Shown here piece by piece: positions 8,752 through 17,446 of a DNA stretch of 64,000 bases. Source of the stretch: a virus; the IMG/VR virus record IMGVR_UViG_3300037225_001188, positions 66,794 through 130,793 of that record; one strand, given 5' to 3'. The notes under the pieces were generated by a model. The model was not told the origin of the DNA and did no database searches. It saw only the letters and a program-made list of their open reading frames with translations. Position numbers and translations under genes: made by a program. Within the stretch, counting starts at the first letter, position 1. Each line of letters begins with the position of its first letter.

Positions 8752-9062
8752 TGCGCCAGGTCGTCACTATCAATGTGGTCTCCGGGTCCCCGAGACCGTG
8801 GACGTTCTACACCGTCTACCAGCTGCCGGACCTGAGCTACGTCGCCTCGCGGCGCAGCGAGGTCGACCTCGGGTGGCGGCTCGGGCAGCTCATAGGCCTC
8901 AAGGACGGCGAGATCGTTGGCTACGTCGCGACGCTTAGGACGTGCGGTGATGCGCAGAGCTGGTCCCACGTCTTCATGTGCGGGAGCCTCATCGTGGTTG
9001 AACCCGACGACTACTCTCAGGGGATACCGACCGTGCTCTATCTGAAGGTTGATGATGCGTGA
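8751..9062 (+). CDS. hypothetical protein
   Basis: ATG overlapping previous stop; MRQVVTINV... Confidence 0.5.
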   Translation: MRQVVTINVVSGSPRPWTFYTVYQLPDLSYVASRRSEVDLGWRLGQLIGLKDGEIVGYVATLRTCGDAQSWSHVFMCGSLIVVEPDDYSQGIPTVLYLKVDDA

Positions 9063-9264
9063 CAGCGACCCGGTGTGCGAGTTCCAGGTGAGGGTGAAGC
9101 GAACGACCGACGCAGCGATCTGCTGCCACGTTGAAGGCGTCGCGGAAGACGTGTGGTTCCCGAAGTCGCAGATCAACCTTGACGATTCGGACGTCAGCGA
9201 AGTCGGCGACACCGGGTCATTGATCGTCAGCGAGTGGATCGCGCTGCAGAAGAACCTGATCTGA
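9049..9264 (+). CDS. small phage protein (TDAA...VWFPKSQI...EWIA type)
   Basis: motif pattern recurrent in phage hypothetical proteins. Confidence 0.65.
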   Translation: MMMRDSDPVCEFQVRVKRTTDAAICCHVEGVAEDVWFPKSQINLDDSDVSEVGDTGSLIVSEWIALQKNLI

Positions 9265-9271
9265 ACGGAGG

Positions 9272-10165
9272 ATGAAGATGTCTGAGAAGCGCAAGCGCAC
9301 CGCGATCGACGCCAAGCGCGGCGTCGTGTTCTGGGTCGAGCAGGACAAGCTCACCCTCATCACCGACGAGTCACGCCCGCTGTTCGACCCGTCGGCGCTC
9401 TTCTCACCCGACCCCGAGCTGGTTCAGAGCCTCATCGTCGAGGGCCAGGTGCAGGAGTTGCTGGCCCGCCGCAACGGCCCGCTGCTCGAGATCATCGACG
9501 GCAACCGTCGCTACAAGGCCGGCTGCCTCGCTGGCAAGAAGCAGGGGCGGCCGTTCGTGTTCCGCGTCCGCGTGGTCGACGCGGCCAGCGACGCCGAGTT
9601 CTACCGGATGAAGCTGGCAGCCAACCTCCACAAGAAGGCGCCGCCGACTGTGGAGGCACAGCGCATCTCGCGCTTCCTCAAGGCCGGCGGGACCGAAGAG
9701 GAGGCGATGGTCGCCGTCGGGGCGAAGAGCGTGACGACCGTGCACAACAAGCTGGCGCTGCTGCGCTGCTGCGCCAAGGTCCAGCGGATGGTCGACTCCG
9801 GCGAGCTGACCGAGACTATTGCGGTCGAGCTGTCGGGCCTGACGCGCGAGAAGCAGGAGCAGGCGGTCGATGAGATGGAGAAGAACGGGACGCTGCGCGG
9901 CGAGGTCGCGCGGCGGTCGGTGAAGGCAGCGAAGAGCGGCAAGAAGCTGCCGACGAAGGATGGGCCGCGGCCGCTCACTCAGTCGAAGCTCGAGAAGCTC
10001 TCCGACGAGCTGTCGAACTACGCGGAGTCGAGCGACTTCGTCGCCTTCATCGCCCTCATCCTCGGCGACGAGAAGATGTTCGAGGACCTGCCGTCGTTCG
10101 TGAAGGCGGCCTACGACTCGGTCACGAAGGCCAAGAAGGTGTCCAAGGAGAAGAAGGCGGCGTAG
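9272..10165 (+). CDS. ParB/Srx-like N-terminal domain protein with HTH
   Basis: LEIIDGNRRYKA, later AANL, followed by HTH-like helices; GGAGG RBS. Confidence 0.8.
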   Translation: MKMSEKRKRTAIDAKRGVVFWVEQDKLTLITDESRPLFDPSALFSPDPELVQSLIVEGQVQELLARRNGPLLEIIDGNRRYKAGCLAGKKQGRPFVFRVRVVDAASDAEFYRMKLAANLHKKAPPTVEAQRISRFLKAGGTEEEAMVAVGAKSVTTVHNKLALLRCCAKVQRMVDSGELTETIAVELSGLTREKQEQAVDEMEKNGTLRGEVARRSVKAAKSGKKLPTKDGPRPLTQSKLEKLSDELSNYAESSDFVAFIALILGDEKMFEDLPSFVKAAYDSVTKAKKVSKEKKAA

Positions 10166-10227
10166 CTCATGAGCGCAGTACCGATCGAAGACTTTGCCGC
10201 CAACCTCGTCGCGCTTGAGGCCACGCC

Positions 10228-10962
10228 ATGACCCGTCTCTCCCTGCTCGAAGCCGTAGTCGCCGAGGTCCGCGATCTGGATCGGCGCTACCGTGCGATCA
10301 CGGGCCACCCGGCGGCGGGGAGCGACAAGGTGCTGGCGGCAGTCGCAGCCCTCGACGCAAACGACGCGGCGCAGTTCGATCCCTGCGCGGTCTGCGGCCA
10401 TACGCTCGACTCGGCCGTCTGTCCGCAGTGCGGCACGGACGCCTGGCGTCACTGGGCGCGGGAGAACGCCAACTGGAACGACGTGGCCGACCCAGAGGCG
10501 GAACTCGGGCGCGAGTCGCTGGCGCCCGCCTGCCCTGTCTGCGCGGCGAACCCGCCCGGTCCCGACGAGCCCTGCCCTGACCCGTTGGGGCCGCTGCTCA
10601 AGGCGCTGGGGAGCGAGGCGCCTGAGCCCACCGCCGCCATCCTCGACCGCGAGGCGGCGCGCCGGCGGCGGGACCTCGCCGAGGTCACGCGCGGGCCGGT
10701 CGAAGGCGACGCGGGCGCCGACGCCGGCTCGTCGCCGGAGATGCCGGTGAGCGGGTGCGTGCCGGAGAGGGAGTCCTGGCGCGTGGAGCGTTTCGGCTCG
10801 GGTTGGTGCTGCTACCGCGTCGACATCGACGGCACCCCCATCGGAGTGCTGACGGAACGTGACGACGGGCTCGGCTACTGCGTGCGCAACACCGAGGCCG
10901 CCGCCCGCGCCGACGGTGAGGCGAGCGGGCTGCCGGAGTACAAGCAGCCTGAGAAGGTCTGA
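10228..10962 (+). CDS. hypothetical protein with CxxC pairs; partial paralogue of 20158..21471
   Basis: CAVC, CPQC, CPVC; shared EAARRRxDLAEVTR and EAAARADGExSGLPExK blocks. Confidence 0.6.
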   Translation: MTRLSLLEAVVAEVRDLDRRYRAITGHPAAGSDKVLAAVAALDANDAAQFDPCAVCGHTLDSAVCPQCGTDAWRHWARENANWNDVADPEAELGRESLAPACPVCAANPPGPDEPCPDPLGPLLKALGSEAPEPTAAILDREAARRRRDLAEVTRGPVEGDAGADAGSSPEMPVSGCVPERESWRVERFGSGWCCYRVDIDGTPIGVLTERDDGLGYCVRNTEAAARADGEASGLPEYKQPEKV

Positions 10963-10991
10963 ACGAGTACGGCAAGCCGTAAGGAGATGCC

Positions 10992-11357
10992 GTGAAAACC
11001 TCCGACGCAGAGTACAACGCATCGCTGAAGCGGGCCGGTCTACTCGACCAACGCGAGGACACCCTTGAGGCTCTGGCGGCACTGCTCACGGCGGCTCTCA
11101 AGCGTGCTGAGGGCGGTCCTCGTCTATTCGTCCGGGTGCGCATCCCGATCTGGCTGTGCAACCGCGTGCGGAGCGAGATCGCCGGCATCGTCCATGAGAT
11201 CCACAACCGGAACCTGCCTCTGCCGCTGTGCCGCCTCCCAGGCTGCGGCGCTACCTCGCGGATCTATGGGATCGGTGCAACGGAGGAGCAGGACGCCCAG
11301 TGTCCTGCTCATGCTAACGGCCATCCGCACGACTGCGGCTGCGACGAGTGTTTCTGA
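10992..11357 (+). CDS. hypothetical Cys/His-rich protein
   Basis: GTG after AAGGAG; C-terminal HPHDCGCDEC. Confidence 0.6.
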   Translation: MKTSDAEYNASLKRAGLLDQREDTLEALAALLTAALKRAEGGPRLFVRVRIPIWLCNRVRSEIAGIVHEIHNRNLPLPLCRLPGCGATSRIYGIGATEEQDAQCPAHANGHPHDCGCDECF

Positions 11358-11407
11358 GGAGTGGCTACTGCGCAAGCTGGTTCGCTGGATGCAGTAACCT
11401 TTTCTGC

Positions 11408-11435
11408 TTGACAAGCGCAATACAGGCGTTATACT
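11408..11435 (+). promoter_or_regulatory. sigma70-type promoter, probably leaderless transcript
   Basis: TTGACA-N16-TATACT, ATG 6 nt downstream (11442). Confidence 0.7.
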
Positions 11436-11441
11436 AGTCTC

Positions 11442-11693
11442 ATGATGACTAACAAGCCCGAGTTTCTCCGGTGGCGTGGAGCCACCCTCCTCACCCTCTC
11501 GTCGGCGAAGGGGCAGCTCCTCTGCGTGCAGGACGAGCTGGACTCGGACGCGGTGCGGACAGCCCTGGCCGCTCTGGAGTCCACGACGCACCTGGTCGAG
11601 GCGCTCGCCCATGACGACGAACCAGCGTGCGATCACGAGTTCGATTACATCACTAATCGCTGTGTCAAGTGCGACGTGCGGGAGCCGCTGTGA
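11442..11693 (+). CDS. hypothetical protein
   Basis: 83 aa, C-terminal CDHEF...CVKC. Confidence 0.6.
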   Translation: MMTNKPEFLRWRGATLLTLSSAKGQLLCVQDELDSDAVRTALAALESTTHLVEALAHDDEPACDHEFDYITNRCVKCDVREPL

Positions 11694-11950
11694 GCGGTCC
11701 GCGGAGAGCGCCGACGACCCGGCGCGTGCTCCTGGAGTTGCACGACGCCGTGCAGCGTCTGCTCACGACCTACGGCCACCGGCCGGCCGAGCAGGCGTAC
11801 CTCGCGCGGGCGCTCAACTCCGTCTGCGTTGACGAGGAGATCCGCGATCAACTCGCGTTCTACCTCAGTGCTCCCGACGACGGATTTCTTCCGCCGCACG
11901 GGCCGGACTGCACCTGCTCCGACTGCTACCGCACGCGCGAGGCCCCATGA
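11690..11950 (+). CDS. hypothetical protein
   Basis: GTGA overlap start; C-terminal HGPDCTCSDC. Confidence 0.55.
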   Translation: MSGPRRAPTTRRVLLELHDAVQRLLTTYGHRPAEQAYLARALNSVCVDEEIRDQLAFYLSAPDDGFLPPHGPDCTCSDCYRTREAP

Positions 11951-12129
11951 GTAAGCCCACCAAGCCGACCGCCGCCCTGCACCCCGTCATGTTCCGCCTG
12001 AGCCCGGAGCACATCGCGGCCCTCGACACCATCGGCCGCGAGTTGGCCGAGCGTGACCGCTCGCCCAAGAGCCGCACGGACGCTCTGCGCCACGTCCTCA
12101 ACACGTACCTCGCGAGGCGCAAGCCATGA
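11947..12129 (+). CDS. ribbon-helix-helix-like DNA-binding protein
   Basis: VMFRLSPEHIAALD...SRTDALRHVL. Confidence 0.6.
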   Translation: MSKPTKPTAALHPVMFRLSPEHIAALDTIGRELAERDRSPKSRTDALRHVLNTYLARRKP

Positions 12130-12374
12130 GCCCAACCCGCCGGCGCCCAACGCGCCGTGATCTGCTCATCGTCATTGAGCAGCTTCAGGACATCATTGGC
12201 CGCGCCCGGGGCGCCAATCACGACCGCAACCCCAACCGCTTTGCCGAGGTTGATGGGTTGCTCAGCGCGGCCTTCGACTACTGCCTCAAGGCGCGGAATC
12301 ATGATCCGCCCGTCGGGTCGCGCCCGAGTCCGTGGCGCGGCATCATCGTGCCGCGAGACACGAGGTTCGTGTGA
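12126..12374 (+). CDS. hypothetical protein
   Basis: ATGA-coupled 82-aa ORF. Confidence 0.5.
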   Translation: MSPTRRRPTRRDLLIVIEQLQDIIGRARGANHDRNPNRFAEVDGLLSAAFDYCLKARNHDPPVGSRPSPWRGIIVPRDTRFV

Positions 12375-12438
12375 CCTCGCCTTACACCACTGGAGCAGAA
12401 GCGGCACCGCATCAACCGACCCAAGGGAGGACCGACCG

Positions 12439-14004
12439 ATGAAGACCAAGAAGCCGATCATCTACACGCTCACCGACGCCCACCGTAAGCGCCTTAAGCC
12501 GTGGGCCGACCAGTGGATCGCTAACGCCCTGTCGACCAAGCCGATGGACGACGCCGAGCGCGAGATCGTACGCAAGGCCGTCGCCGGGCTCTACGACGCT
12601 GCGAAGCTGCCGCAGCCGAAGGCCGTCGTGTTCTCGCGCGGTCCGATCTCGGGCGCCATCGCGGCTGGAGTCGCGGCGGGCGTGTGGCACCTGCGGAAGC
12701 ACCCGGAAATCCACGCGAGCCTGTTCGGCCGCAGCGTGACCGAGCGCGAGATCACGGCGGCCATCGGTCCGGCGTGTGCGCGCGCGACGCTCGCGGCTAT
12801 GCGCGGGATGGCGAATGGACCGCCAGTTCAGCCTGCGCTGAAGGCGGAGAAGCCTCAGAAGCGCGCCGCCACCGACGCCGCCACCCGCGCCGCCACCGAC
12901 GACGCCACCCGCGCCGCCACCTACGCCGCCACCACCGCCGCCACCGCCGCCGCCACCGACGACGCCACCCGCACCGCCACCCGCGCCGCCACCCGCGCCG
13001 CCACCTACGCCGCCACCTACGCCGCCACCGACGACGCCACCCGCGCCGCCACCGACGACGCCACCGACGCCGCCACCCGCGCCGCCACCGCCGCCGCCGC
13101 CGACGACGCCACCCGCACCGCCACCGACGCCGCCACCCGCGCCGCCACCCGCGCCGCCACCGACGACGCCACCGCCGCCGCCACCCGCACCGCCACCGAC
13201 GCCGCCACCGCCGCCGCCACCTACGACGCCACCGCCGCCACCGCCGCCGCCACCGCCGCCGCCACCGCCGATCTGGCTCCGGTGGTCAAGTTCCTCGTCC
13301 TCTGCTGCGGCTACAACTGGCGCATGCGAAACGGTGGCAACCAGTGGTCCGGGTGGGTCGCGTTCCTGTCGTTCTTCCGCCACGTCGCGAAGCTCCCGCT
13401 CGACTACGCCAAGTTCGACCACTACGAGCAGACGGCGCAGCACAGCGGTCCGCGCTTCACACACGCCGACTTCTGCCTCGTCTGCGACCGCCCGACGGTG
13501 CTCACGCTCGACAGCAATCACCGACCTCACGGCGAGTGCGGGCCGTCGCACCGCTGGGCCGACGGCTGGGCGCTCTACTACTGGCATGGCACGCAGGTCC
13601 CCGCGAAGCTAGTCGAGACGCCTGAGTCCTACACGGCGGCCGACATCGCGGCCGAGACGAACAGCGAGATCGTGCGCGCCCTCGCCGAGCGGCTGGGGTG
13701 GGAGGCGTTCGTCAAGCGGCTCGACGTGCAGACCATCAACTCGTGGACCGACCCGACGACCGGCCTCGCCTACGAGCTGCTGGAGAGCCGCACGCGCATC
13801 GGCGACGGCCAGCCGCGCTTCCTGCGGATGACCTCGCCCACCCTCAAGGACGGCTCGCAGCCGCAATACGTCGAGCCGGTCCACCCCGACCTCGCGACTG
13901 CGCAGGCGGCGCGACGCTGGCAGGGCGTCGACCACGACGGCAGTCGGCCAAGCGTCGCGGACTGCAACGCGCACCCCGAGTGCGCCTACGAAATGGAGGC
14001 GTAG
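12439..14004 (+). CDS. phage protein with Ala/Thr low-complexity core and DUF6745-like C-terminal domain
   Basis: ATG after GGAGG; AAT[D/R/Y] repeats; C-terminal DRP..L..D...RPH...GP...WADGWALYYWHG..VP. Confidence 0.75.
   Translation: MKTKKPIIYTLTDAHRKRLKPWADQWIANALSTKPMDDAEREIVRKAVAGLYDAAKLPQPKAVVFSRGPISGAIAAGVAAGVWHLRKHPEIHASLFGRSVTEREITAAIGPACARATLAAMRGMANGPPVQPALKAEKPQKRAATDAATRAATDDATRAATYAATTAATAAATDDATRTATRAATRAATYAATYAATDDATRAATDDATDAATRAATAAAADDATRTATDAATRAATRAATDDATAAATRTATDAATAAATYDATAATAAATAAATADLAPVVKFLVLCCGYNWRMRNGGNQWSGWVAFLSFFRHVAKLPLDYAKFDHYEQTAQHSGPRFTHADFCLVCDRPTVLTLDSNHRPHGECGPSHRWADGWALYYWHGTQVPAKLVETPESYTAADIAAETNSEIVRALAERLGWEAFVKRLDVQTINSWTDPTTGLAYELLESRTRIGDGQPRFLRMTSPTLKDGSQPQYVEPVHPDLATAQAARRWQGVDHDGSRPSVADCNAHPECAYEMEA
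12864..13270 (+). repeat. coding 12-bp-based minisatellite (GCCGCCACCNNC)
   Basis: ~400 bp of GCC/ACC/GAC/CGC/TAC codons encoding AATD/AATR/AATY/DATR. Confidence 0.9.
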
Positions 14005-14005
14005 C

Positions 14006-14344
14006 ATGGCGACCACGACGACGACCACGACGCAGCCGACGGCCTACCGCCACGGCGACCTCATCATCCACGCGACGGACAAGGCGCCCGTGAAGGGCCT
14101 CAAGGTCATCCCCGGCAACGCGCTGGCGACCGGCACGGCAACGGGCCACAGCCACCGCTTCACGCCCGCGGCGAACGCCAAGCTCTACGCGGGCGAGAAC
14201 GGCGTCATGCGCCTGCGCGTCATCAAGGCCGTGCGCCTCACCCACGAGGAGCACGCGGACCTCAAGCTCGCGCCCGGGGACTACTTCGTCGCCCACAAGC
14301 GCCAGTACGACCGCGAGAACGGGTGGGTCGCGGTCCAAGACTGA
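14006..14344 (+). CDS. His-motif phage protein, partner of the DUF6745-like gene
   Basis: YRHGDL...LATGTATGHSH...HEEH...LAPGDY....RQY. Confidence 0.75.
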   Translation: MATTTTTTTQPTAYRHGDLIIHATDKAPVKGLKVIPGNALATGTATGHSHRFTPAANAKLYAGENGVMRLRVIKAVRLTHEEHADLKLAPGDYFVAHKRQYDRENGWVAVQD

Positions 14345-14388
14345 TGGCACTGGAGTAGATCTCCCGTTCGCTCGAAAGGAAGGTTGAG

Positions 14389-14748
14389 ATGGCAACGTTC
14401 GAGGAGTTCAAGACCGAGGCCGAGTTCCAGGCGGCCTACAACCTCATGCAGCAGAACGTCGAGATCGCGTGCAGCGACATCGACTGCCTGATCATGAAGC
14501 TCCCGCGCGACTGCATCGCGATCCACGGCTTCGCGGCCAACGCTCACGACCTGCGGGCGGCGGCGCAGCGCATGGCCCTCTGCATCCCCGATGTGCGCCG
14601 AGCCATCGTCAAGGCCCACGGCCTGAAGGTGGACCCGAGCGAGCCGATGGGGAGCCACACCTTCGCCGTCGCTATGCCCGGGAAGGCCGCCAAGCCCGAC
14701 ATGCGCGTGAAGGCGAATCGCCCGGCGAAGCCGCGCCGCAAGCGGTGA
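14389..14748 (+). CDS. hypothetical protein
   Basis: ATG after AGGAAGG; strong GC3 bias. Confidence 0.65.
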   Translation: MATFEEFKTEAEFQAAYNLMQQNVEIACSDIDCLIMKLPRDCIAIHGFAANAHDLRAAAQRMALCIPDVRRAIVKAHGLKVDPSEPMGSHTFAVAMPGKAAKPDMRVKANRPAKPRRKR

Positions 14749-14785
14749 ACGGCTTACCTACAGAAGTCGTTTCCCGTCGAGGAGG

Positions 14786-15046
14786 ATGACCATGCGCTGC
14801 GAGCTGTGCCGCGACCCCGGCTACATTCCGAAGAACGTCGAAATCTGCCGCGACTGCGCGCCGCGGTACTACGCGATGGAGGAGGTGGCCGACGCCGCGC
14901 TAGCGTGGTGGGCGACCAAGCGCCCGCGCGATTTCACGGTCGCCCAGCACATCGACACCCCGGCGGTCAACTGCACGACGACGAGCGAGGTCAAGATGGC
15001 GCTGGCCTGCGCGAAGCTCGCCGCACTGGAGGTGTCCCGTGGCTGA
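14786..15046 (+). CDS. hypothetical protein with CxxC pairs
   Basis: GAGGAGG RBS; CELC...CRDC. Confidence 0.6.
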   Translation: MTMRCELCRDPGYIPKNVEICRDCAPRYYAMEEVADAALAWWATKRPRDFTVAQHIDTPAVNCTTTSEVKMALACAKLAALEVSRG

Positions 15047-15256
15047 CCGCTTCGCCCTCTCGCACCGCCGCGTCTCCGCTCGCGCCTGGACGTACAGGGC
15101 GACGGCGTCGGATTGGCACTACGACCGTTCGCTGCTGCGCGTCCTCGCGGCGTGGCAGGGGCGTGGTACCGACCGGCCCTCGCCGTACCTGCTCTGCCGG
15201 ACCTGCGGCGACCCGGGCTTTGCCTCAGAATGCCCCTCTGTCTTGGCTGATCGTGC

Positions 15257-15285
15257 TTGACAACCGCTAGCGGTACGTGTACGGT
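15257..15285 (+). promoter_or_regulatory. sigma70-type promoter with palindromic operator in the spacer
   Basis: TTGACA-N17-TACGGT; perfect palindrome ACCGCTAGCGGT at 15263-15274; ATG at 15292. Confidence 0.6.
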
Positions 15286-15291
15286 GATCGC

Positions 15292-15510
15292 ATGATGCCA
15301 GAACCACTTCTGCCGGTGTTCTTCCGCTTCCCAGCCTCGCTGACGAAGCGGCTTGCGGAGTATGCGGAGGCGCGCTGCCTCAGTCGCAGCGCCGCCGCGC
15401 GCATGCTCCTACTCCACGCGCTCCATGCGCCGCCGAAGGACTGGGTAGCGTTCGGCGTGGCCGAGGAGATGGAGCGCACCGAGCGCAAAGCGAAGCCGCG
15501 GAAGAGGTAG
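15292..15510 (+). CDS. CopG/RHH-family regulator
   Basis: VFFRFPASLTKRLAEYAEARCLSRSAAARMLL. Confidence 0.7.
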   Translation: MMPEPLLPVFFRFPASLTKRLAEYAEARCLSRSAAARMLLLHALHAPPKDWVAFGVAEEMERTERKAKPRKR

Positions 15511-15632
15511 ATGATCCGTGCGTTCAAATACCGGCTCACGCCGACCCGTGCTCAGGAGCGCACTCTCGACGAGTGGCTGCGCCTGACGAGGGAGCTTTTC
15601 AACGCCGCGCTCCAGGAGCGCCGAGACGCCGT
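15511..15632 (+). pseudogene. tnpB: truncated TnpB (IS200/IS605 OrfB) N-terminal fragment
   Basis: MIRAFKYRLTPTRAQERTLDEWLRLTRELFNAALQERRDA is a typical TnpB N-terminus; no RuvC or zinc finger follows. Confidence 0.8.
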
Positions 15633-15666
15633 GCCATGCGTGCGGCGGGAAGGACAAGGAGACGCC

Positions 15667-15972
15667 ATGCTGACGCCCGACCGCATCGAGAAGATCCGCA
15701 CCTTCCTCGCCGTGTCCGCGGAGACGAGCCGTGGCGTGGAGCGCGACCTCATCGCTGACTGCAAGGCCGATGGCGACGACCCCGAGCAGAGCGACGACGT
15801 TGGCGACCAGCGGGCCGCGACGGGGTACGTCGAGGACGCGGGGGAGGCCCTCGCTGCCTACGAGCGCGTGGCGGCGCTCCTGCACGCCAAAGTCGAGGTC
15901 GCCCGCGGCTGCGTCGACGAGCCGGTCATCTCGTGCGACGAGCTTCTGGCGGCACTGGACGGCACGCCATGA
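15667..15972 (+). CDS. hypothetical protein in frame with the TnpB remnant
   Basis: own AAGGAG RBS and ATG (MLTPDRIEKIR...). Confidence 0.6.
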   Translation: MLTPDRIEKIRTFLAVSAETSRGVERDLIADCKADGDDPEQSDDVGDQRAATGYVEDAGEALAAYERVAALLHAKVEVARGCVDEPVISCDELLAALDGTP

Positions 15973-16355
15973 AGCCCGACAAGATCGCCAGCCTGCGCGA
16001 GTGGCTGCGCGTGGCCCGCGCGTTCGATCACATCGCGGAGTCGGTGGCGCGGGACTTCAACGACTCCCTCGACGCCCTCGCCGAACGACCGGCCCTCGTG
16101 GCGCGCGTGGCGGCGGCCGAGGGGAGGGCAGCCGAAGCCGAGCGGCTCAAGGAGGTGTGGCGGTCGGCGTCGTTCAACAACGAGCGGTTCGCGATGGACT
16201 ACAAGTCCGCTCTCGAAGCCGCTGCCCGGTCGCTAGAGTGGATCGCGTCGAATGGCATCGACGACGAGGATCCGAGGTCGCTGCGAGCGTACACACGCAA
16301 CCGCGCGATGGTAGCACGCACGGCCCTCGCCGGGCCGCAGGAGGGACCGAAATGA
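15969..16355 (+). CDS. hypothetical coiled-coil protein
   Basis: ATGA-coupled at both ends. Confidence 0.55.
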   Translation: MKPDKIASLREWLRVARAFDHIAESVARDFNDSLDALAERPALVARVAAAEGRAAEAERLKEVWRSASFNNERFAMDYKSALEAAARSLEWIASNGIDDEDPRSLRAYTRNRAMVARTALAGPQEGPK

Positions 16356-16960
16356 CCCACTGGAGCGACCTGCTACCACCTGACGCCTGCACGTCCGCCG
16401 TGGAGTGGGCGCGGTCGCAGCCTGACTACGCCACTGCCTGGGCCGCCTGCCAGCGCGGCGACTGGCTGCTCTGGCTCGTGGGCCGGATGGCGGCCGGCGA
16501 GCCCTTCTCCGCGCGGCGCAAGCCCATCGTGCGGGCGGCGGCGCGTTGTGCGGCGCTGGCGCTGCCGTACGTGCAGGACGAGTACGTGGAGGGTGTCTGC
16601 CTCAGCACCATCCAAGCGTGCGTGGCGTGGACCGAGGGCGAGGCGACGGACGAGGAGACGCAGGAGGCCGCCTACGCCGCCGACGCCGCCTACGCCGCCG
16701 CCGCCGCCTACGCCGCCTCCGCCGCCTCCGCCTACGCCGCCTACGCCTCCGCCGCCTCCGCCGCCTCCGCCTACGCCGCCACCGACGACGCCGCCTACGC
16801 CTACGCCGCCTCCGCCGCCTCCGCCGCCTCCGCCTACGCCGCCTCCGCCACCGCCGCCGTCGCCGCCCGTGCGCGCATCCTCGCGCAGTGCGCGGACCTC
16901 GTGCGCGCGGAGTGCGCGCGGCCGAGGCTCGCCGGGCCGCAGGAGGACGAGACGCCATGA
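16352..16960 (+). CDS. phage protein with Ala/Tyr/Ser low-complexity tract
   Basis: N-terminal AC...VEW....AW..C.RGDWLLW; AAYAA repeats at ~16667-16867; C-terminal ADLVR. Confidence 0.7.
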   Translation: MTHWSDLLPPDACTSAVEWARSQPDYATAWAACQRGDWLLWLVGRMAAGEPFSARRKPIVRAAARCAALALPYVQDEYVEGVCLSTIQACVAWTEGEATDEETQEAAYAADAAYAAAAAYAASAASAYAAYASAASAASAYAATDDAAYAYAASAASAASAYAASATAAVAARARILAQCADLVRAECARPRLAGPQEDETP

Positions 16961-17232
16961 GCCCGCCAAACCTCCCCGTCCTCGTCGCTGCCGTCGAGGC
17001 GGCCGAAGCGCACCTCCGGTCGGCGGTCGCGGCGCATAACGACGCCGAGTTGCCGAGACTCGCCGCGATAGTGGTTCGCACCCGCCGCGCCGCCGCGGGC
17101 GCCGGCATGACCGAGTGCTGGTTGTCGCGCGAGACGGTAGACGGGCTGCGCTCCTCGGCACGCGCGGGCGTGCCTTTCGGCGGGGAGCCGCTCACCCGCG
17201 ACCTCGCGGCCGTGCTCAAGGAAGGAGCCTGA
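16957..17232 (+). CDS. hypothetical protein
   Basis: ATGA-coupled after AGGAGG. Confidence 0.45.
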   Translation: MSPPNLPVLVAAVEAAEAHLRSAVAAHNDAELPRLAAIVVRTRRAAAGAGMTECWLSRETVDGLRSSARAGVPFGGEPLTRDLAAVLKEGA

Positions 17233-17233
17233 G

Positions 17234-17446
17234 ATGAACATCTATGTCGTCGAGGGTCGTGCCGCCGGCTGCCGCGTGTGGGCACCGATCCAGACGTTCA
17301 TCGAAGGCGTCGGCTCCGTCCCCGAGACCTACTACAAGCGCCGCGAGGCGGTGTACGAGTGCCGTCGACTGAATGACTGGCAGCGCAACCAACCGAAGGT
17401 GACCTGCGTGTACCGCGTGACCAAGTACGGGCCGGTGTCCAAGTGA
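17234..17446 (+). CDS. hypothetical protein
   Basis: ATG after AAGGAG; 70 aa. Confidence 0.6.
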   Translation: MNIYVVEGRAAGCRVWAPIQTFIEGVGSVPETYYKRREAVYECRRLNDWQRNQPKVTCVYRVTKYGPVSK

